Source: Chloroflexota bacterium (GTDB lineage Bacteria; Chloroflexota; UBA11872). Taken from it: a stretch of 50,532 nt of DNA. The translations under genes were made by a program, and so were the position numbers. The stretch is taken from assembly GCA_009839425.1 (NCBI GenBank), contig VXPS01000118.1:1-50532 (forward strand), read 5' to 3'. The notes under the pieces were generated by a model. That model did not search any database and was not told where the DNA came from. It was given only the letters and a program-made list of their open reading frames with translations. Shown piece after piece: positions 43,080 through 49,723 of the stretch. Every line of letters starts with the position of its first letter. Position 1 is the first letter of the stretch.

Positions 43080-44204
43080 CTATTCGATGGCCTCCTGGCT
43101 TTCGCCGTCGAACAGCCGAATTCGGTCGGGCTTCGGACGTATCCAGATGTCCTCGCCGGGCTGACCGGCAAACGTCACCTCTGCCCGCGCCTTGATTCGC
43201 GTGTCCTCATCCAGCAGCACGTCAACCAGGACTTCGCTGCCCATCGGCTCAACCGCAAAGATTTCGGCCTTCGCGTAGCCCGTTTCCTCGGTGAACGAGA
43301 GCTCCATGGCCTCTGGGCGCGCGCCCGCGATTGCGGGCCTGTCGACCCGTGGCCGGCGCAACACGGCCGTGGCGGCGTCACCGGCGACATCCCACGAGAA
43401 GCCGTTCCCGTTCACGCGAACCCACCCGTTCGTGCTCGTCAACGTTCCCGAGACCAGGCTCATCCCGGGGCTGCCCACGAAGTGCCCGACAAATGCATTG
43501 GCCGGCCGGTCATAGATGTCCATCGGCGATCCGACTTGCAGCACCTCGGCGTCACGCATGACCGTGATGCGGTCGGCCATGGCCAGCGCTTCAGCCTGAT
43601 CGTGCGTGACGTAAATAGCGGTTGTGCCAAGTTGCTGTTGCAGGTGCTTCAACTCGCCCCGCATTTCCTGGCGCAGTTCGGCATCCAGGTTGGAGAGCGG
43701 TTCGTCGAACAGGAACACGTTCGGCTCGCGAATAATGGCCCGCGCCAGCGCCACGCGCTGCCGCTGGCCGCCGCTCAGTTCGCGCGGCTTCCGATCCATG
43801 AGTTCCGGAATCCGCAACAGCTCCGCCACTTCCTTCACGCGCTCGCCGATGCGCGCCTTGGATGTCTTCCGAATCTTCAGCGGGTAGCCGATGTTGTCGG
43901 ACACCTTCATGTGCGGGTACAGCGCATAGCTCTGGAACACCATCGCCACGTTCCGCGCTCGCGGCGGCACCTTGTTGACGACCGTATCGCCGATCTTGAT
44001 CGTCCCCTCCGTCGCCATTTCGAGTCCCGCGATCATTCGCAGTGAGGTGGTCTTGCCGCAGCCCGACGGTCCCAGCAGGACCATGAACTCGCCTTCCTGC
44101 ACGTGCAAATCCACTTTGTCCACCGCGATCACGCTGCCGAAGTGCTTGGACACCTTCTCGAACGTGACAGGCACCGAACGCATTCGAGTTGTTGAGTCGC
44201 TCAT
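43080..44204 (-). CDS. Sugar ABC transporter ATP-binding protein (MalK/UgpC/MsmX type)
   Basis: Trimmed from listed ORF end 44735 to the ATG at 44204, an ATGA overlap with the upstream permease stop. Walker A GPSGCGKTT, signature LSGGQRQRV, Walker B FLFDEPLS. Confidence 0.93.
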   Translation of the reverse strand: MSDSTTRMRSVPVTFEKVSKHFGSVIAVDKVDLHVQEGEFMVLLGPSGCGKTTSLRMIAGLEMATEGTIKIGDTVVNKVPPRARNVAMVFQSYALYPHMKVSDNIGYPLKIRKTSKARIGERVKEVAELLRIPELMDRKPRELSGGQRQRVALARAIIREPNVFLFDEPLSNLDAELRQEMRGELKHLQQQLGTTAIYVTHDQAEALAMADRITVMRDAEVLQVGSPMDIYDRPANAFVGHFVGSPGMSLVSGTLTSTNGWVRVNGNGFSWDVAGDAATAVLRRPRVDRPAIAGARPEAMELSFTEETGYAKAEIFAVEPMGSEVLVDVLLDEDTRIKARAEVTFAGQPGEDIWIRPKPDRIRLFDGESQEAIE

Positions 44205-45043
44205 GCTCCGGAAACTCCACCGAGGGTCAGGCCCCGGATCAGGTTGCGCTGGACCAGCAGCGTAAAGATTAGGACCGGGATGATCGAAATGGCCGAGGCC
44301 GCCATCATGCGGCCGTAGAGGATGTCGAACTGGGTGACCTGATTCGCGACCGCGATCGGCAGAGTCTGCGCCTCGGTTCGAGTGAGGATCAGCGAGAAAA
44401 GAAACTCGTTCCAGGACGCAATCAGGATCAGGATCGAGGTTGCCGCCAGTCCGGGCCGGACCAGCGGAATGATCACCTTGCGGAACGCTCCCAGCCAGTG
44501 GTCGCCGTCCACCATCGCAGCTTCCTCCAGATCGCGTGGAATGTCCCGGAAGAACCCCAGCATCATCCACACCGCCAGCGGTAACTCCAGCATCGAGTGC
44601 ACCAGCCCCATGCCGATGTGGGTGTCGATCAGGCCGATCTGGGTAAAGAAAATGAACAGCGGCACAACGGTCACGGTCTGCGGAAACATGCGAACCGTCA
44701 GGATGAAGAAGAGGATGTGATAGTTCAGGCCCCACGGCAGCTGAAATCGGGAAAGTCCGTACGCCGCCAGGCTGCCTACCGTAATCGCGATCGAGGTGGC
44801 GATCGCCGCGATGATGACGCTGTTCATGATCTGTTCGCCGAACCCACGCTTGCCCAAGACCGCCTCAAACCACTCCAGCGTGAACTCCTGCGGCCAGATC
44901 GTCGGCGGAATCTGCGAGAACTCCGACTCGGTCTTCAGACCGATCATCAGCATCCAGTACACCGGCGCCAGCACGATCAGCACCACCCCGAGCATCAGCA
45001 CGTGGCGGCTCAAGACCAGTGGGGCGCTGCGTTCTCCAACCAT
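44201..45043 (-). CDS. Carbohydrate ABC transporter permease (MalG/UgpE-like)
   Basis: Listed ORF. EAA loop EEAAMVDGDHWLGAFRKVIIPLVRPG, multiple transmembrane helices, GAGG upstream of the ATG. Confidence 0.92.
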   Translation of the reverse strand: MVGERSAPLVLSRHVLMLGVVLIVLAPVYWMLMIGLKTESEFSQIPPTIWPQEFTLEWFEAVLGKRGFGEQIMNSVIIAAIATSIAITVGSLAAYGLSRFQLPWGLNYHILFFILTVRMFPQTVTVVPLFIFFTQIGLIDTHIGMGLVHSMLELPLAVWMMLGFFRDIPRDLEEAAMVDGDHWLGAFRKVIIPLVRPGLAATSILILIASWNEFLFSLILTRTEAQTLPIAVANQVTQFDILYGRMMAASAISIIPVLIFTLLVQRNLIRGLTLGGVSGA

Positions 45044-45056
45044 GGCTACCTCATAC

Positions 45057-46025
45057 CTATGCCCGCAGGATCCGGCGGATGTAGAACGTCGCCAGGATGA
45101 TCAGAACGACTTGAAACATGACCGACAAGGCGGATGCATAACCGAAATTAAAGTGGATGAAGGCATATTTGTAGATCGACAGCGTCACGGTCTCAGTCGA
45201 CGATCCGGGACCGCCGCGCGTCATGGCCAGCATCCGGTCCGCGATTCGGGCCGCATCTAGCGTCCGCAGCAGTAGCACCACCACGAATGTGGGCCGCAGC
45301 AGCGGAATCGTGACGTCACGGAAGATCTGCCACGGCGAGGCGCCGTCAATCGCGGCGGCTTCATACGGATCCTGGGGCAGCGACAGAATCCCGGCGTACA
45401 TCAGGATGAACACGAACATGCTCGCCTGCCAGATGTCGATCAGCATGATCGACGCCAGGGCCGTCCGGTCGTCCGCCAGCCACAGCAGCGGCTCGATTCC
45501 CACCAGGCTCAGCAGGTAATTCAGCACGCCAAAGTTCACGTCCATCATCACCAGCCAGCCCGCCCCCACGCTCACTGGCGGCAGCACCAGCGGAATGATC
45601 AGCGCCGCCGTGAAGAACATCCGCGCCCTCGAGTGCAGCTTGCTCATCAGGAACGCGATAAACAGGCCAACCACGATCTCCGCGGATACCACTACCAGCA
45701 CCCAGACCGCCGTTCGCACGGTCGACCCGATGATCAGGTTGTCGCTGAACGCCTTCGTGAAATTGGCGAAGCCGATCGGCTCAATCTCCAGCTCGCCGAG
45801 CTTGAACGTCACGCGCGAGAAGGCCATGCGCCAGCTCATGATGGCCGGAAAGACCGCCAGCACGGCCAGCAAGACCATTGACGGCGCTATGAAGAAGAAC
45901 CGGAGGTGCGTCTCCCACCAGGGAGTGTTGGCAATGGCCTGCACGTCGCCGCCGCGCCGCCGGCGCAGAACGTTAAGCACGGCTGCCTCGGCCGAATGCA
46001 GGCTGCGTGGACGCATAAGTCGCAC
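45057..46025 (-). CDS. Carbohydrate ABC transporter permease (MalF/UgpA-like)
   Basis: Listed ORF. EAA loop YEAAAIDGASPWQIFRDVTIPLLRPT and multiple transmembrane helices. The start could be GTG 46025 or ATG 46016, and neither has a clear SD. Confidence 0.88.
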   Translation of the reverse strand: MRLMRPRSLHSAEAAVLNVLRRRRGGDVQAIANTPWWETHLRFFFIAPSMVLLAVLAVFPAIMSWRMAFSRVTFKLGELEIEPIGFANFTKAFSDNLIIGSTVRTAVWVLVVVSAEIVVGLFIAFLMSKLHSRARMFFTAALIIPLVLPPVSVGAGWLVMMDVNFGVLNYLLSLVGIEPLLWLADDRTALASIMLIDIWQASMFVFILMYAGILSLPQDPYEAAAIDGASPWQIFRDVTIPLLRPTFVVVLLLRTLDAARIADRMLAMTRGGPGSSTETVTLSIYKYAFIHFNFGYASALSVMFQVVLIILATFYIRRILRA

Positions 46026-46029
46026 AGAG

Positions 46030-46063
46030 CCTGGCGGAACTCACGTGCGTGAGCTCCGCCAGG
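46030..46063 (-). promoter_or_regulatory. Long intercistronic stem-loop between the binding-protein and permease genes
   Basis: CCTGGCGGAACTCACG / CGTGAGCTCCGCCAGG forms arms of about 15 bp with one non-Watson-Crick position. That position is a G-U wobble on the minus (mRNA) strand and an A-C mismatch on the plus strand. Confidence 0.5.
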
Positions 46064-46155
46064 CCCGTGCCTGGTCGCGAAACCAATGCCGCGATCACGT
46101 GGAGCCGGGTAGCGCTAGGCCGACGCGATCCCTGTGATCGTGGTGTTCAGGGTCC

Positions 46156-47634
46156 CTATGAGTACGCGCCCTTTTCTTCCAGCGCCACTCGAACCTCTTC
46201 GTCCGCCAGCCGTGCGGCGTCGCCCACCGACTCCTGCTCGGCGATCACGGCCGATACGTGCCGGCCAACGATCTCCTCGACGATGGAGTAGTGCTCCGTC
46301 CGCGGGCGCGGCACGGCCACCGAAGCGGCGTTCTTGATGCCCGCCAGGAACGGGAAGTCCGCCAGCAGTCCGGGGTCGTCCATCAGGCTGAACCGAACCG
46401 GCGGCCAGTTGTTGGCGTACATGTTCTCCTTCTGGTTCTCCGCCTGGGTGAGCCAGTGGATCGCCTCCGCCGCCGCTTCATGATTCTCGCTGCCCTGCGG
46501 AACGCCGAACAGCCACACGCCGGTCATGTTGGCGTGGTCTGCGCCCGGCTGGGCCGGCTCCGGCAGCACTTCGATCTTGCCGACCACAGACGACAAGTCC
46601 GGCGTGTACATCTTCAGCAACTGGTCGGGCCATACGTCGCCAGACATGGCTGCCAGGCCCGTGTACATCAGCTTGCCCAGCTCGTGGTGGCCGATGTTCT
46701 CAACGCCCGGGGGCGCCAGGTTCTTCAGCGTCACCACCATGTCCAGCGCGGCCAGGCCCTCTTCCGTGTTCACCTGCGGGTTCAGGTCGCCGTCGATCAC
46801 GTCGCGCCCGAAGCCGCGCATGATCGGCAGGAAGCTGGTCATCGCCGGGTTCCCCGGCTGTCCGCGGATGGTGTATCCGTAGAGGTCGGGCGCCATGTCG
46901 CCCGTGATCTTGGTCGAGTACTCGGCCACGTCGTCCCAGGTCTTCGGCGGCTCAACGCCGAGGTCCTCCATGACGTCGGCCCGGTACGCAAAGCTCTGGA
47001 TGTTGCCGATGTTGGGAACCGCGCGCGGGCCGTACTTGCCAGGCGGCCAGTCGCCCAGGTTCACGATCGCCGGGATCATGTCTGGGTCCGGCCATACCCA
47101 GCCGAAGCCCTGGTACAGCGGCGTGATGTCGGCCAGGAATTCCGTGAACTGCGGCATCCACGGGTCGTCCATCGACGCAATGTCGTAGGCCGATCCGCCC
47201 TGGCTCAGGTTGATCAGCAGACTCTGGTAAGTAGCCGCGTACGGCTGCTCAACGTGGTCCAGCTCGATCTGCGTCTCGGACAGCAGCTTGTCGAAGATGC
47301 CGGTTTCCGCGGTTCCAAGCGGCCCCGTGCCTCGCAAACGCACGCGCGGCTTGCCGATCGGCTTCTCGATCGTCACCGTCACGATGCGCTCGACTTCCTT
47401 GGTCACCACTTCCTTGACCGCGACTTCCTTCACCACCTCTTTGGTGACGACCTTCTCGACCGCGACTTCCTTCTCAACGATCTTCTCGACTGGAACTTCC
47501 TTCTCGACGATTCGCTCGACCTCGACGACCTGGGTCTCGCCACACGCGGCCAGGATTGCCGCGCCAGCCGCGCCAAGTGCGACCCCGCCGCCGGCGCGCA
47601 AGAGCCGTCGTCGCGTCATTGAACGTGGAAGCAT
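46156..47634 (-). CDS. Extracellular solute-binding lipoprotein of the sugar ABC transporter
   Basis: Trimmed from listed ORF end 47772 to the ATG at 47634. An alternative ATG lies at 47619. The N-terminus MLPRSMTRRRLLRAGGGVALGAAGAAILAACG has a Tat motif and a lipobox, followed by a repeat linker and a family-1 binding-protein body. Confidence 0.88.
   Translation of the reverse strand: MLPRSMTRRRLLRAGGGVALGAAGAAILAACGETQVVEVERIVEKEVPVEKIVEKEVAVEKVVTKEVVKEVAVKEVVTKEVERIVTVTIEKPIGKPRVRLRGTGPLGTAETGIFDKLLSETQIELDHVEQPYAATYQSLLINLSQGGSAYDIASMDDPWMPQFTEFLADITPLYQGFGWVWPDPDMIPAIVNLGDWPPGKYGPRAVPNIGNIQSFAYRADVMEDLGVEPPKTWDDVAEYSTKITGDMAPDLYGYTIRGQPGNPAMTSFLPIMRGFGRDVIDGDLNPQVNTEEGLAALDMVVTLKNLAPPGVENIGHHELGKLMYTGLAAMSGDVWPDQLLKMYTPDLSSVVGKIEVLPEPAQPGADHANMTGVWLFGVPQGSENHEAAAEAIHWLTQAENQKENMYANNWPPVRFSLMDDPGLLADFPFLAGIKNAASVAVPRPRTEHYSIVEEIVGRHVSAVIAEQESVGDAARLADEEVRVALEEKGAYS
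47359..47529 (-). repeat. In-frame degenerate tandem repeat encoding a (V/I)-E-K-E-V linker
   Basis: The encoded peptide is VVEVERIVEKEVPVEKIVEKEVAVEKVVTKEVVKEVAVKEVVTKEVERIVTVTIEKP. On the plus strand, cttctcgac and gacttcctt units recur. Confidence 0.85.
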
Positions 47635-47704
47635 TGCCCCCCCCAATTGGCGCTTCGCGTCTGGCACAAGCCGGAGCCTGGAAGCGCGCAAATAGCGCAT
47701 CGAA

Positions 47705-47721
47705 GCATCAGCGCCTGATGC
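47705..47721. promoter_or_regulatory. Perfect 17-bp palindrome upstream of the ABC operon (candidate operator)
   Basis: GCATCAGCGCCTGATGC has 7-bp arms and a 3-bp centre. It lies 71-87 nt upstream of the binding-protein ATG. Confidence 0.35.
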
Positions 47722-47808
47722 ACAGCCAATACGGAAGCGAGAATACCAGTGCCGAACGGTCTCTCCAACCATTGGGGTACCTGCAAATCGAGTCCCAAAT
47801 CGGCCTGC

Positions 47809-47838
47809 AAAAAACCTGATCCATCGACGACGCTCAGG
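47809..47838 (-). terminator. Candidate intrinsic terminator after the 337-aa gene
   Basis: On the minus strand: CCUGA, a 14-nt loop, UCAGG, then a U6 run. The run is AAAAAA at 47809-47814 on the plus strand. It starts 12 nt after the stop codon. The stem is short, but a T6 run is rare in this GC-rich DNA. Confidence 0.4.
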
Positions 47839-47849
47839 CGTTGCGCCAG

Positions 47850-48863
47850 CTACGACCCTGCGGGCACCTCGTCGGCCATCTCCCGCACCTGATTCGACCC
47901 CTTCCGACGCAGTGGAACGACTCGATCGACATCAACAGACTCGTTCTCCGGCAGCGGCGATTCCCCGTTCGCCTCGCCCATCTCCGCCACGCTGGCAATC
48001 CCCCGCAGCTTCTCGGTCTCAGCAAGCGCCGTGAGATCCCCGCCGAAATAGTCGAACCAGGGCAGACCTGCGGAGGTATAGGCGCTCGCCGTCGGCGGCT
48101 CCGTCGGCGGCCGTTCCCCGGTCAGCGCCATCCACTGCACCGAGTTGGCAATCGTCACGAAACATCGGCTCGCGTGCCGCTGATCCCAGGCGTCCAGCCC
48201 GTACTCATCCTCATAGATCTCCTGCCGCATCCGACCGCCCGGCGCCAGGCCCATCGGCGCGCTCTTCGCCACCGAATATGCCGCGGCCTCCGGCAACGGG
48301 GCGCCCGCCGAGACTTCGGAAATCATTGCCTCGTACCGCTCCGCCTTCATCGGATACACAGTCATCTGCAGGCCCCCATGCTCGGCCTCCCCCGTCAGCT
48401 GCTCCTCCACGGTGTAGCCCTGGCCCAGCGGCATCGCCACGAACTGGCGCACGATTCCCTTGGCCACGCAATACCCGTCCAGCCACGGCTGCTCCGGCAG
48501 CACCGCGTAGTCCTGCGGGTCCGTGTTCAAGTGATTCAGCCAGCCATCGCCCGTCAGCGCGCAGGTCTTGCCCGTCGCGATCTTCACCGCGAACGGGTAT
48601 CCGCGGCAGTCAAAGTTGATCCACATTGCCTCGGCCTGGTGCATCGGCATCAGCACCCCGCCGCGTCGCAGCCAGTCCTCAGGGACGCGCGGGGCGTAGT
48701 CGTCCAGGTGCCGCAGTGGGAAACTCCCCATCCCCGGCGGCAGCGGGTATTCCAGCCCGTCGTCCGGTATCCGCAATGTCCGCTGAAACCCGATCGCGCA
48801 CCGCGCGTCCTTGTGAACCTCCGGAAACCTGAATACCAGGCGGTCGTGTTCGAGCGTAATCAT
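47850..48863 (-). CDS. Uncharacterised 337-aa soluble protein; I could not assign a family
   Basis: Listed ORF with balanced, protein-like composition. The opposite-strand ORF 47841..48938 is Arg/Pro/His-rich junk. A purine-rich GAGGAG...GGGGA lies upstream of the ATG. No signal peptide, transmembrane helix, Walker or HExxH motif is visible. Confidence 0.8.
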   Translation of the reverse strand: MITLEHDRLVFRFPEVHKDARCAIGFQRTLRIPDDGLEYPLPPGMGSFPLRHLDDYAPRVPEDWLRRGGVLMPMHQAEAMWINFDCRGYPFAVKIATGKTCALTGDGWLNHLNTDPQDYAVLPEQPWLDGYCVAKGIVRQFVAMPLGQGYTVEEQLTGEAEHGGLQMTVYPMKAERYEAMISEVSAGAPLPEAAAYSVAKSAPMGLAPGGRMRQEIYEDEYGLDAWDQRHASRCFVTIANSVQWMALTGERPPTEPPTASAYTSAGLPWFDYFGGDLTALAETEKLRGIASVAEMGEANGESPLPENESVDVDRVVPLRRKGSNQVREMADEVPAGS

Positions 48864-48957
48864 TCCCCACTGCTCTCCTCGGCATGTAGCCGTTCACATG
48901 TGTCGCGTCGGAAATCTCCGATTCGCAGAACTCGTTGAATCCTTTTGCTGTCGTGTC

Positions 48958-49311
48958 TCACCAGTCCCCGTCACGCACCTCACGCACAATTCGAAGGACG
49001 GCATGGTCCGGCGCATCACGCAGTTCCCGGATCAGCTGCGCAAACAGCTGCGGCCGCTTGCGAATGACCTCCTGCAGGTCGCTGGAGACCTTGCCGCCCA
49101 GCGCCAGCAGCACGTCGGGGTCCTCGTCCAGTTCCCTCGCAAGCCGAACCGTCGCGGCTTCGGATGGCGGCGCCACCTGCCCGCGCTCGATCTTGCTCAG
49201 GTAGCCCGGCTCTACCCCAATCCGCTTCGCCACCTGCCGCAGCGAATACCTTCGATCAGCCTCTTGCAGGCTTCGCCGCGCCGTGTGTACGAATGTGCCG
49301 AACTGCGTCAT
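48958..49311 (-). CDS. XRE-family helix-turn-helix transcriptional regulator, 117 aa
   Basis: Listed ORF. HTH_3 signature YSLRQVAKRIGVEPGYLSKIERGQVAP. Sits 94 nt upstream of the 337-aa gene on the same strand. Confidence 0.88.
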   Translation of the reverse strand: MTQFGTFVHTARRSLQEADRRYSLRQVAKRIGVEPGYLSKIERGQVAPPSEAATVRLARELDEDPDVLLALGGKVSSDLQEVIRKRPQLFAQLIRELRDAPDHAVLRIVREVRDGDW

Positions 49312-49320
49312 GTTTCCTAA

Positions 49321-49349
49321 ACACTACACACTAGCAACGCTTCTGTCAA
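49321..49349 (-). promoter_or_regulatory. Sigma-70-like promoter of the XRE gene
   Basis: The minus strand reads TTGACA (49349-49344), a 17-nt spacer, then TAGTGT (49326-49321). Only 9 nt (TTAGGAAAC) separate the -10 hexamer from the ATG at 49311. Confidence 0.55.
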
Positions 49350-49556
49350 GTCCGCGCGTTTCGAGCCCCCGATTTGGCGCCCGCCTAAGTCCCCCGCCTG
49401 GGAAAGTGTCAGAGCCTGTCCCAGTCTGGCCCGGACGCGATCCGGAGGACTCGATCCGGGGTTCCTCCGTCCCCTGCCGAAACCGGTGCAGGGTCTTCCT
49501 TTCGCGGTTTCTCCACCAGCAATCAGTACGGACTCAGTCGACTATTGGGGACGCCG

Positions 49557-49618
49557 TTCTTCACCCTCTCCAAGGGGAGAGGCAGAATCGGCCGTCTTCG
49601 GCCGAATTCGGTGAGGGG
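49557..49618. repeat. Compound palindromic element: two hairpins closed by an outer stem (possible REP/MITE-like unit or RNA three-way junction)
   Basis: H1 is CCTCTCC (49565-71) paired with GGAGAGG (49576-82) around an AAGG loop. H2 is GAATCGGCCG (49585-94) paired with CGGCCGAATTC (49599-609) around a TCTT loop with one bulge. The outer pairing is TTCTTCAC with GTGAGGGG. Confidence 0.5.
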
Positions 49619-49723
49619 TCTTCCGCGCACCCACCCATCGGCTAAGCAAAGGCCTCAGCAGTAGCAGTCCGCGAGCCGCCCCTGCCTCGGACTGCGAGGG
49701 GTGGCTCAGAACCCGGATGTGCG

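Noticed and set aside
49283-49645. A listed 120-aa plus-strand ORF in the XRE-upstream region, and a 25-codon minus-strand ORF starting at 49637.
   Set aside because: The 120-aa ORF overlaps the XRE start, is Pro/Ser/Arg-rich and has no SD. The short ORF simply reads through the palindromic element. Both look like chance frames across structured noncoding DNA.
47635-49723. The XRE plus unknown-gene region as a prophage remnant or integrated mobile element.
   Set aside because: I found no integrase, recombinase or transposase, no flanking direct repeats, no adjacent tRNA, and no obvious compositional break visible by eye. It is kept as an unexplained two-gene unit instead.
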